A stretch of DNA of 64,000 bases, taken from positions 153,326,001-153,390,000 of the forward strand of contig OZ024741.1 in assembly GCA_964016885.1 (NCBI GenBank), given 5' to 3'. Both the position numbers and the translations under genes were made by a program. Shown here piece after piece: positions 1 through 11,595 of this stretch (within the stretch, counting starts at the first letter, position 1; every line of letters begins with the position of its first letter). Source of the stretch: Eledone cirrhosa. Taxonomy: Eukaryota. The notes below the pieces were generated by a model. The model had not been told where the DNA came from. It was given only the letters and a program-made list of their open reading frames with translations, and did not search any database.

Positions 1-86
1 ATATTCGTAGGACGTTTTGGGGTTATAAGATATGCCGTGATAATTATGCTCCAAAAACACGCTGTCGGGTTTTCTCTTACTTTGAA

Positions 87-193
87 TGACGTCATAACTC
101 TTAACTGGTCACTTCAGTTCGGCAAAAATTCTCTCACTGAGAGGACACGCTAGTTTGCCGAATTGAAGTGATCAGTTAAGAGTTATGACGTCA
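87..193. repeat. 40-bp inverted repeat (arms 87-126 and 154-193, 27-bp loop), probably inside a DNA-transposon remnant ending near 486
   Basis: tgacgtcataactcttaactggtcacttcagttcggcaaa versus its near-perfect reverse complement; the region ends ...gaggactcactg|TA next to (TA)n. Confidence 0.75.
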
Positions 194-482
194 TCGACCG
201 ATATCTGAACTTGCTCATGATTGACCAGTTTCTCTGTAAGGTCAGTTAGTACGATAGCTGTAGTAACACAATTTTCATAGAATTCGAATTGCAGTCAGTT
301 TCCACGAATTCAAGGGGGAATTTATTGCTTACTACAGGTGGCGCTACGGTACAATATAAACAAAACACCACCAAAAACCGTATCTGAATTTTTTTTACTG
401 TAAATAGAATTGATGGTAGTAATTACCCAAAACCGTATCTGTGAATTTACCGGATAAAGAACTACCGTATATTGAGGACTCA

Positions 483-520
<38 letters not shown>

Positions 521-524
521 TTAT

Positions 525-920
525 ATGTATAGAAATTTCGTATTTTTAAAGAAATACGGTTTTAGGAAGCCGTAGCTATGCGAAAACGTGGGGGAGGGGG
601 TCTAACGCCCTCTGGTGATGTCCAGCAGAAGCAAGGGGGACAACCGTCTATGCATTTCAGGCTTAACTAGCCTTCCGCAGGACGATCCCTCCCACAGACG
701 AGAAAACTATATATTCTCGGCTGTCTTCTAGTCCAGCAGTCGCAAGCAGTGGGAGGGATCGTCCTGGCGAAGGCTAGTTAAGCCTGAAAGGCATAGACGG
801 TTGTTCCCCTTGCTTCTGCTGGACATCACCAGAGGGCGTTAGCCACCCCCACCCTTGGTGTTTGCATAGCTACGGCTTCCTAAAACCGTATTTCTTTAGA
901 AATATGAAATTCCTATACAT
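525..920. mobile_element. Fold-back (inverted) PLE pseudo-LTR-like fragment; each arm carries a hammerhead-like motif
   Basis: Arms ~525-695 and ~749-920 are reverse complements and are flanked by TA-rich sequence. Confidence 0.75.
643..686 (-). ncRNA. Variant minimal type I hammerhead ribozyme (core CUGCGGA); mirror copy at 758-801 (+) has CUGGCGA
   Basis: AUCGUC-CUGCGGA-AGGCU/AGUUA/AGCCU-GAAA-UGCA-UA-GACGGU; helix I and helix II pair. Confidence 0.6.
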
Positions 921-1446
921 CTATATATATAAAGCTGTGGTTGTCTGTCTGTCTATCGATTTTTGGCACACATCTCCTCTTAGAATCTCTGACGGAATTG
1001 CACCGAAATTGCTATACTTGTACATTGAGCCCTAGCGAAGACATCGGAAAAAAAATATTTCAAATTGACCCACCCTATGTGACGAAATCGAATCTAATGT
1101 ATCGATTTTTGAGCGTAAGTGACGAGTTATTTCCCTTTGTTCTGTTTACATTGAGCGTCTTACGTTGTTTTTCTCTGCGTTGCAGTGTTTACATTTTCGA
1201 TCTTTGTTAATAAATAACCAGTGCAGTTTTTATCCCCAGCATCCTCTTTTGTTATAACATTCGGGTTATCGTTATGTTTTCTTAACTTCATAAGGCATAT
1301 TGTTGGTTGAGGGAATATTAATCAAAAACACCACATGCAAGTCTGCACAGTAGACACTACAGTTTTTAAGCCAAAAAAGAAACTTAACATTGTAACTTTA
1401 ACACAGCTACTGAGCGACCCCGAGCAACGCCGGGCTTTACTGCTAG
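920..1446 (+). mobile_element. Non-autonomous Helitron
   Basis: 5' A|TCTATATATATAAA, subterminal hairpin cccgagcaacgccggg, 3' CTAG|T, no TSD. Confidence 0.8.
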
Positions 1447-1522
1447 TATTGTATAAAGCTATGCTTGAAGCGAAATCTTATTTCTTTTCTATTTATTTAT
1501 ATATTTACATATATATATATAT

Positions 1523-2168
1523 ACTGTTTACACTTGTGTAAAAGTTAAATTTTTTAGACCTTTTTTAAGGTTAAATTTATGAGGTTAACTATTACATGGA
1601 TACTTCTTTTGGGGAGCTTGAAATTCAAACCAGAATCCAAAGTATCATATCAGTAGCAGAAGCCCAACTGATCTCTAAATGAATAAAAACAAAAACAAGG
1701 AATTACAGTAGTATTACTGATTTATGCATCAAACCCACCCACCCACCTCCCTCACCATGTAAACAGAAGATGAGATGAGTGCTAACGCATGTGTTTATTG
1801 TGTTTGAAACTGAGAAAAATATAAAGGTTGTAGGCTTGCAGCACATCTTGTGCATACATTTTAGTAATGCTCATGTAGCACTCATCAACAGATGTGTAGT
1901 GCTTGCTATTATATGGTGTTTTACTATAAGCACCAAACATTCCAACTATAGGGCAGGCTACAGTTAGGTAGGCACACGTTTAGGAAAATTTTTAGTTCAG
2001 ACATGTATTTGTAATGATGTAAATTTGCCTTAAATTCATGATGATTTTGTAACAGTGTTAATTCTACGTATAGGATGATACTTTGACCCACAAATGTTGA
2101 CCTGTTATTTGTAAAATACTAGGGTCGACATTTACATTAGATCGACTATTACTTGAGGCTATACTGTA
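1523..2168. mobile_element. Decayed pogo/Tigger-like MITE (similar element at ~23347-23570)
   Basis: Degenerate terminal inverted repeats resembling CCGTATATACTCG..TAAGTCGA, flanked by TA. Confidence 0.4.
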
Positions 2169-2184
2169 TATATATTTATATATT

Positions 2185-2850
2185 ATCATCATCATCAACG
2201 GTCTATGTCCATTATTCCACGCTAGCATGGATTAGATGAGTTGTCCTGTTGTGGGCAATGCTAGGTCAGGTGACCATGCCGTGTCGATACAGAACTGATT
2301 TTGGTTTGGTTTCTACAACTGGATGCGTTTCCTAATGCCAACCTCATTTACAGCGCATGCTGGGTGCTTTTTGTTGTGACGCCTACATGACCACTGAGTG
2401 CTTTTCGTCATGATACTTACACAACCACTATACTATTGGAGGGTGGGGTGGAGCAAGTCATACTGTATATATGCTCAGGTTCGGCCTGTGCCCGTGGGTA
2501 GTCAGGTCTTCTGTATTACTGCATAATGCTAGAGATCTCGGTCTTATATATTTATTTATATATATGTATTTATATTTCATTATCATCACCGTTTAACATC
2601 CATTTTCCACACTAGCATCGGTTAGACGAGTTGTCCCATTGTGAGACAAGTCAGGTCAGATGACCATGTCTTGCTCATACAGAACTGATTTTGGCTTGGT
2701 TTCTATGACTGGATGTCTTTTCTAACACCAACCACATTTACAATATGGGCTAGTCACCTTTTGTTGTGACGCCTACACCACCACTTTACAGTGTGGACTG
2801 GGTACTTTTTGTTGTGTCACCAAAAGGACCATTTTACAGTGTGAACTGGG
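2185..2850 (-). mobile_element. Two tandem 3'-end fragments of RTE LINE family A
   Basis: (CAT)n tails followed by the 3' UTR shared with the copies at 11.6, 35.2, 46.5 and 51.2 kb. Confidence 0.75.
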
Positions 2851-5129
2851 GATTTGGGTGTGGGAGGTGCATAAGGATTGTGGAGGTAGGTCTAAGGATG
2901 TGGGTGAGGGTGGGGTGTTAGGACTAGGGTGGAATATTATGTCTATGCTCTATTATGTGTGGCCTCCTTAATATGTCTGAGTGTTGTATTGGTTCTATGT
3001 GTGGATAAGACATTTACTTGTATGTTATCTATTGAACCTCCATGTTCTTTTGGTTTGTTGGTATAGCACTGACAATCTTTTCTACTTTTTGAAATCTCAC
3101 CAGTGTTCCTTCATCCTCTCTCTTATATATGTTGTCCTTCTGTACACATTATCCTATAGACTGCATTGCTATTTTTGCCTTTTACCTACAGGCTTATGCT
3201 ACATACTATTCAGTTTCTATCAATACGGAGGATTTTCTTAAAAGGATATGTCCAACTGATCAGAGATTGTATGGAAGTTCCTGGCTTTTTTACTATTTTA
3301 ATTCTTAGGTCCAATTTATGTAGGGATAGTGTCAATGTGCATGACACAGGTATTTTTTACTGTCTTCTCTATCTTCCTCATATATATATATATATAAGCA
3401 TGGAAAAAACATAAAATGATGATGATGATAATACATATGTATACTTACATACATACTTGGCATGTTTTGATATTTGTTTTACATGTTGTCTATTGTATTT
3501 CAGAGGCAAAGATCACAACGGACACCTTCAAAGATATTAACCACCCTTTCAAACCAGATGCTAAATTACCAGAGTTCAGAAAAGGCAAGAAGTCTTCATA
3601 AGCTATTCACTAGTAACACTTGGAACCCAGACTTTCTTTCCTGTTATGGGTGTGGTCCCCAACCCTGGCCCGAAGTAATGAAAATCACAGAAGAAATGAT
3701 ATTCGTCAATTAAACTTGAAAAATCAAAGGATAATAGATGTACAAACTTGACAAAAATCACAGCAATGCCTGACCCAAAATACTGACTGAAGCAGTGATG
3801 TAAAACAATGACTGATATGTACAGAAAGTGATATATATATACATAGATACACAGATACTCCTGATATGCACAGAGAGTGGTTTAAATAACAGTAATAGAT
3901 AGGGGTGTGTAGCAGATCAGAATACTGGTGGACTGATGGATATATGTATATATATATATAATGTGTGTGTATTGTTGATTTTTCCAGAGAGTGTGTTGCA
4001 CAACAGAATACTCGGCTGTAGGGTTATAGTGAAACATTGTCACGACTGGAATTCTGGGATGGTGGGATATTGTCAAAACAGCACCAGGACTGGAATATTG
4101 GGCCAGTTGATGGAAATCATTAAAATAGAAGCATCACATTGATTGTGTGTGGACTGCTTTAGTTTTAATTAGCCCACAGAATTTCCCTGGTTCTTTCATA
4201 ATAATATAAGTTGTTAGTAGATTAAAGGTATGGGAAACTGTCATAATATGGCACTTTATATGGCAACGCTGGACTTAGTTCTGCTTTATAGTTGAATGAC
4301 TCTCATGTTGGACATTAAAGAATCGGAAATATGACCAAATTTTGAATAAACATTGTTGTTTTATTTTCTGTTGTCTCTCTCTATCACACTCTTTCCCCAT
4401 CTATCTACTCCTCTTCATCTCTCTCTCCTCCCACCAATCTCTCTTCCCATTTGCCCCTTATGTTCAAATGTTTTACAATCTGTTCCTACCAACACTCATA
4501 CATTGAATAGGCTGTTGATCAGTCTCCAAGTCAAAACTAATTAGCAGACTTATGGTCAAATGCATTCCAACCATAGCCATCCTATTTAGGAGTATCTTGC
4601 ACTCAGAGGCAAAAATCCCTACCAATACCCAGCTGCTAAAATATTTAAGTATGTTTTATTTTGTCTTTAAGGTGTGATTTGAGGGAAATGTGTCTGCTGT
4701 TTCTAACAGATCTAATGACTGTATAAAGGCACTCTCAATGGCTTGTGTAGTAATGTTGTATTAAGAGAGAGGACAGGATCTCTATGGCTAGTATTGAACT
4801 GATAATCAAGCAGTTAAGATTTCAACATCTTATCCACCCTGTTTCTCAGGTACTTCACATAAACTTCTCACATCATCAACGACCATGGTTGCGAAGTGAA
4901 CTCCTTAACAACACAGCCATGACTGCACCTTCAAACATTTTATTTTTGTAGGGTGGAGGGTGGGAGTTTTTTTTTTTATGGCTTAAACTAAGAAGGGTAG
5001 GGGCCATAATGTTTGCAGGTCCCCAGGATGGATACAGATAATGGGTTTCTGTTATAGGAAGCATTGTATTTATCCCCAGACCTAAGATCTGCTCTGCAGG
5101 TGAGGTCTTGGACCGTTACAACCCATCCA

Positions 5130-5617
5130 ACCCATACCAGAATGAGAACAGACAAAAAATGATGATTTATATATATATATGAATGTACATATTGTATATT
5201 GAATAATAGACTGTATGTTTATTTTAAAACATTTTGAAGGCCTTAAAGTAGTGACTAAAGTCACATACCTAGCTTCAGCAAAAGCAAAGGGAAATAACCT
5301 ATGGTCGTTTCTCACTGTTTAGTGGTTATCAAGGCTATATATCCCTTGTTTTTGCTGTGAGCTGTGGAAGCTGGATTCTTATAGAATTTCAATTATGTTT
5401 ATGAGCTGTTTAAACTCATTAACATACAGAGCGGTTGCCGGCCCAGCAACAATTAGAAATTTGTGTTGGTGCTGTGAAATAGCGATGTATATATAAATGT
5501 ACGTATTGTATATTTAATAATATACTGTATGTTTATTTAAAAACATTTTGAAGGCCTTTCACTATAAATTTAAGGTAGTGACTAAAGTCACATACCTAGC
5601 TTCAACAAAAACAAAGG

Positions 5618-5621
<4 letters not shown>
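5130..5621 (-). mobile_element. PLE-like terminal repeat with partial tandem duplication and a degenerate hammerhead (5294-5338, -)
   Basis: 5183-5295 is repeated at 5497-5621; related to 53815-53983 and 61969-62430; AUAGCC-UUGAUAA-...-GAAA-CGACCA-UA-GGUUAU. Confidence 0.55.
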
Positions 5622-5671
<50 letters not shown>

Positions 5672-5789
5672 TACGTAATTCCAAAGGAAAAAAGAGTGCT
5701 CTATGTATAGAACAGCTATTTAATTAGAGAGTGATCAACAGAGTAGTTATATTTTGTGTTGTTCACTCTAATTAAATATATATATATAG

Positions 5790-6726
5790 CAAGTGCCCAC
5801 TGGATACTAGCTCCTTCAACTGCCCAGATGATTCTATAGAAATAGTAGACACTTTCCATTACCTGGGTGACAAAATCAACTGTGGAGGAGGGTGCTCTGA
5901 AAGTGCAGTAGCCAGAGTTAGAATGGGATGGAAAAAGTTCAGAGAGCTAATTCCGCTGTTGGCCACAAAAGATTTCTCTCTAAAAATGGAAGGTAGATTG
6001 TATGATGCCTGTATATGAACAGCAATGTTACATGGCAGTGAGACATGGGGACTGTGTGCAAAGGACCTGCACAGATTGGAAAGGAACGAAGTATGCATGC
6101 TCCATTGGATGTGTAATAGTAATATAAACGAACTAAGTGAGAAATTAGGAATAAGCGGAATCAGATGCAGTTTACATGAGAGGAGATTACATTGGTATGG
6201 TCATGTGAAGCTCATGAAAGACGACAGCTGTATAAAGAAATGCAGGGCGATCAAAATTGATGGAAGCTATGGAGTAGGTAGACCCAGAAAAACTGGGACG
6301 ACATGATAAAATCTGACCTTGCACACTTACACCTCTCCAAGACAATGTCACTGAATCGAGACCTTTGGCGCTACGTAGTAATACCGAAGACCTACCTTCC
6401 CTTACATACAAAGTTAAACTTACAGTCAGTAGGCACCTCTTAACCAAATATACACCCCAACCCACTACCCTACTCCATCCTCCCACTCCCACCCACACCA
6501 CCCTTTCCCTGTAAAGTTATGTTGGTACTACACTAAAGCACCCAGTCCACGCTGTAAAGTGGTAGTGTAGGAGACACGGTAAATGTGGTTGGAGTTAGGA
6601 AGGGCATCCAGCCATAAAAAACCTGCCAGATATAAGCAAGACACCCGATCAATCTTGCCTCAAGTGGGACAATTCCCGTCTAACACATGCTAGTGTGGAA
6701 GATAGCCGTTAAACAATGATGATGAT
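5790..6726 (+). mobile_element. 5'-truncated RTE LINE (family A), RT C-terminus plus 3' UTR and (GAT)n tail
   Basis: YLGD..., MLHGSETW, RRLHWYGHV, GRPRKT motifs. Confidence 0.9.
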
Positions 6727-6727
6727 A

Positions 6728-9700
6728 TCCATAGGTTTGCTAGAATTAGCAGCTACATCAGTTAAACAATGGAACCTTATGGTGGTCCATATATGTGCTA
6801 GAAATAGCAGCTAAATAGAGGGTATCTCATGGTGGTCCATAGATGTGCTAGAAATAACAGCTACATCAGTTAAACAAGGAGAACCTCATCATGGTCCATA
6901 GGTGTGCTAGAAATAGCAGTTAAATAGGGGAACCTCATAATGGTCCATAGGTGTGCCAGAAATAGAAGCTACATCAGCTAAACAGAAGGAACCTCATGGT
7001 GAGTCATAGGTGTCCTAGAAATAGCAGCTAAATAGGGAACCTCATGGTGGTCAAATGGTCTGCTAGAAATAGGAGCAAAATGAGCTAAACAATGAACCTG
7101 AAAGTGGTCCATAGGTGAGTTAGAAATAGCAGCTAAATAGCGGAACCTCATGGTGATCCGTAGGAGTGCTAGAAATAGCAGCTAAGTAGGGGACCCTCAT
7201 GGTGTGCTAGAAATAGCAGCAAAATCAGCTAAACAAAGAACCTCATAGTGGACCAAAGGTGTGCTGCAAATAGCAGATACATCAGCTAAACAGGGGGAAC
7301 CTTTAGTGGTTCAAAGGTTTGTTAGAAATAGCAGCTAAAGAGGAGGTTCCTCATGGTGGTCCTATAGATGTGCTAGAAATAGCAGTTAAATAGGGAGAAA
7401 CTCATAATGGTCTAAAGTTGGGCTAGAAAAAGCAGATACATCAGCAAAATAGGGGAAAACCTATGGTGGCCCATAGGTTTGCTAGAAATAGCAGCTAAAT
7501 AGTAGAACCTCATGATGGTCCTATTTGTATGCTAGAAATAGCAGCTACATCATCTAAACAGGAGGAACCTCATGGTGGTCCATAGGTGTGTTAGAAATAG
7601 CAGCTAAATAGGGGAACCTTATGGTAGTTTATAAGTGTGCTAGAAATAGCAGCTACATCACTAACCAAGGAAACCTCATAGTGGCCCATAGGTGAGCTAG
7701 AAATAGCAGCTAAATAGCAGAACCTCATGATGGTCTGTAGGAGTGCTAGAAATAGCAGTTAAATAGGCGAACCCCATAGTGGTCAAATGGTGTGTAAGAA
7801 ATAACAGCGAAATCAGCTAACAAAGAACCCCGTAGTGGACCAAAGGTGTGCTGGAAATAGCAGCTAAATAGGGAAATCTCATAATGGTCCATAGGTGTGC
7901 TAGAAATAGTAGCTAAATTGGGAGAAAGTCATACTAGTCTAAAATTGGGCTAGAAAAAGTAGATACATCTGCAAAATAGGGGGAAACTTATGGGGGGTCC
8001 GTAAGTTTGCTAGAAATAGCAGCTAAATAGGTGGAACTTCATGATGGTCCTATTTGTATGCTAGAAATAGCAGCTACATCATCTAAACAGGGGAACCTCA
8101 TGGTGGTCTATAAGTGTGCTAGAAATAGCAGCTAAAGAGGGGGAACTCATGGTGGTCCATAGGTGTGCTATAAATTGCAGCTACATCACCTAAAAAAGGA
8201 GAACCTCATAGTTGTGCTAGAAATAACAGCTAAATAGGGAGAAACTCATAGTGGTCTATAGGTGTGCTAGAAATAGCAGCTAAATAGGAGGATCATAGAA
8301 TTACTAGAAATAGCAGCTAAATAGGGAGAAACTCATAGTGGTCCATAGATGTGCAGCTACATCAACTAAACGAGGAAACCTCATAGTTGTCCATAGGTGA
8401 GTAACAAATAGCAGTTAAATAGCAGAACTTCATGGTGGTCCGTAGGAATACTAGAAATAGCAGCTAAATAGGGGAAACCTCATGGTGGTCAAATGGTGTG
8501 TTAGAAATAGAAGCAAAATCAGCTAAACAAAGAACCTCATAGTGGACCGAAGGTGTGCTGGAAATAGCTGCTAAATAGGTGTGCTAAAAATAGCAGATAG
8601 ATCAGCTAAACAGGGGAACCTCATGGTGGTTCAAAGTTGTGCTAGAAATAGCAGCTAAAAAGGAGGAACCTCATGGTGGCCCATATATGTGCTAGAATAG
8701 CAGCTAAACAGGGGAATCATGGTGGTCCTTACGTGTACTAGAAATAGCAGCTACATCAGCTAAACAGGGGGCGACCTCATGATGGTCCATAGGTGTGCTA
8801 GAAATAGCAGCTAAATTGTGGAACTTCGTGGTTCAATAGGTGTGCTAGAAATAGCAGCTAAATAGGAGGAACCTCATTGTGGACCATAGGAGTGCTAGAA
8901 ATAGCAGCTAAATGGGGAGAAACTCATAGTGGTCTATAGGTGTGCTAAAAATAGCAGCTAAATAAGGGGAATCTCATAGTACTCCATAAGTGTGCTAGAA
9001 ATAGTAGCTAATTTTGAGAACATCATGGTGGTACATAGGTGTGCTAGAAATAGCAGCTTGATAGGGGAAAACTCATGTTGGTCCATAGGTGTTCTAGAAA
9101 TAGCAGCAACATCAACTAAACAGGGGGGAGGGGATCTCATGGTCTCCATAGATGTACTAGAAATAGCAGGTAAATAGGGGAAACCTCATGGTGGTCCATA
9201 TGTGTGCTAGTAATATTGGCGTTAAATTGGGGGGACCTCTTGGTGGTATATAGATGTGCTAGAAATAGCAGCTAAAGAGGGGGAAAATCATGGTGGTCCA
9301 TAGCTGTGTTAGCAATATATGCGCTAAATATGGGGAACCTCATAATTGTCCATAGGTTTTCTACAAATAGCAGCAATAGGGGAACCTCATGGTGTAGGTG
9401 TGCTAGAAAGAGCTACTAAATAGGAGGAACCACATGGTGGGCCACAGGTGTGCTAAAAATAGCAGCTAAATAGGAGAAATCTCATAGTAGTCCATAGTTG
9501 TGTTTGAAGTGGCGGCTAAATTGGAAGAACCTCATAGTGGTCTATAGATATGCTAGAAATAGTAGCTATATAGGGGAACTTCATGGTGGTTCGTAAATGT
9601 GCTAGAAATAGTAGCTAAATTTGGGGAACCTCATGTTGGTACAAAGGTGTGCTAGAAATAATAGCTAAATAGGGAGAACTTCATGGTGGTCCATAGGTTT

Positions 9701-10496
9701 GTTAGAAATAGCAGCTACATAAGCTAAAAATGGAACCTCATAGTGATCCATAGATTTGCTAGAAATAGAAGCTAAATAGGAAAACCTCATAGTGGTCTGC
9801 AGGTGTGCTAGAAATAGCTGCTACAGCAGCTAAACCACCTTATGGTGGTCTAAAGGTGTGCTAGAAATAACAGCTTAATAAGCGATTTTCATGGTGGTCA
9901 ATAGATGTGTTAGCAATAACAGCTATATCAGCTAAACAAGGGAACCTCATGGTGGTCCATAGATGAACTGGAACTATTAGCTAAATAGGTGGAACCTCAT
10001 GGTGGTCCATAGGTATGCTAGAAATAGCAGCTACATCAGCTAAACACGGGGAACCTCATGGTGGCCCATATCTATATATCTAAAACAGAGAATGTCTGTT
10101 TGTCTGACTCCCTAAAATTCGAGAACCACCCAACCGATTGTTTTCAAACTTTACACATGTAATACTTATGGCCGTGTGAGTGTTTTGAGCAAAAATATTT
10201 CAAAATTTCAATGCCCTAGGGACCGCATTAGGCGATTTAGTGATCTCTCTCTATAATTCTAAGTTTTTCTTTTTAGATAGATACATAGCTATAATGTCGC
10301 GCCCTTATAATATCTGTCTGTATGTCTGGCTGTCTGCTTTACGACATTATGACGCTATCTCTGTGTGTGTGTATATATGTATATATATATATAGTGTGTA
10401 ACGTTTTTCGAAATATTTACTTCTGCATTCACAGATTGACCTTTTAGTTTCAGAAGATCCCGTTAAAGGTGAAAGCAGCAATTCTTTAATCTGTTA

Positions 10497-10544
<48 letters not shown>

Positions 10545-11222
10545 TATATTCGTGTACAGATATTTTTGCATACACAATAACAAAATATAAACAAATGTAT
10601 TTATTTCACGAGGCTCGATAAGGATAAATATATATCAAATATATAAGAACCTTAGTGCAAATCCCGAGCAACACCGGGCCATTCTGCTAGTGTGTACTAG
10701 AAATAGCAGCTAAATATGAGGAATCTTATGGTGATCCATAGGTGTGCTAGAAATATCAGCTACATTAGCTAAACAGGGGGAACCTCATAGTGGTCCACAG
10801 GTTTGCTAGAAATAGCAGCTAAATAGCAATAACCTCACGGTGGTCCATAGGCGTGCTAGAAATAGCAGCTAAATGAGGGGGACTTATGGTGGTCCATAGA
10901 TGTGTTAGAGATACCAGCCACAACAGCTAAACAGGTGAATATCATGGTGGTCTATAGGTGTGCTAGAAATTGCAGCTAAATAGGGTTAACCTCATGATGG
11001 TCCATAGGTGTGCTAGAAATAGCTGCTACGTCAGCTATAGTGGGGGATCCTTACGGTGCTCCATAGATGTGCTAAAAATAGCATCTACATCAGCTAAATA
11101 GAGGAATCTCATAGTGGTCCATAGGTGTGCTTGAAACAGTAGCTAAACAGGGGGAATATCATGGTGGCCCTTACTTGTGCTTGAAATAGCAGTTAAATAG
11201 GGGTAACCTCGTGGTCAATAGC
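6728..11222. repeat. Satellite array of ~49-bp and ~58-bp units (catggtggtccataggtgtgctagaaatagcagcta[catcagcta]aataggggaacct)
   Basis: Dozens of diverged tandem copies; interrupted by a Helitron at 10071-10690. Confidence 0.95.
10071..10690 (+). mobile_element. Non-autonomous Helitron inserted in the satellite
   Basis: ccatA|TCTATATATC ... cccgagcaacaccggg ... CTAG|Tgtgt; removing it restores a satellite unit. Confidence 0.85.
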
Positions 11223-11237
11223 TGTACTCCTGGTGCT

Positions 11238-11404
11238 TAACAACATCAGTCCTGGGGCTAAACAACATCAGTCCTTGGGCTAAACAACATCTGTCCTGGG
11301 ACTAAACATCAGTCCTAGGGCTATACATCTGTCCTGGGTCTAAACAACATCTGTCCTAGGTCTAATCAACATCTGTCCAGGAACTAAACAATATCAGTCC
11401 TGGG
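11238..11404. repeat. ~22-bp minisatellite (aacaacatcagtcctggggcta), about 8 copies
   Basis: Direct tandem repeats. Confidence 0.9.
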
Positions 11405-11595
11405 GCGGTGGATTGGCAGTATCGGTAGAGCGTCATACACCTTGCTTTGCAGCTTAATTTCAAATCCCGCTGAGGTTTGCTTTGCCTTTCATCCTCATGA
11501 GGTCAATAAAATAAAGCACCATATTGCACTTGGGTCGATATAATAGACTTTCCTCTCTCCTCCATATTGTTGGCTTTGTGCCTATAGTAGAAATC
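11404..11595 (+). mobile_element. tRNA-derived SINE with Meta-like core
   Basis: A-box-like tggcagtatcggt, B-box-like ttcaaatccc, core tttgcctttcatcct...ggtc.ataaaataa. Confidence 0.75.

Noticed and set aside
6728-11404. Satellite and minisatellite arrays as CRISPR
   Set aside because: No unique spacers, no cas genes, eukaryotic context.
11404-11480. tRNA genes at SINE heads (also 20739, 37730, 49380)
   Set aside because: A and B boxes continue into SINE cores; no cloverleaf.
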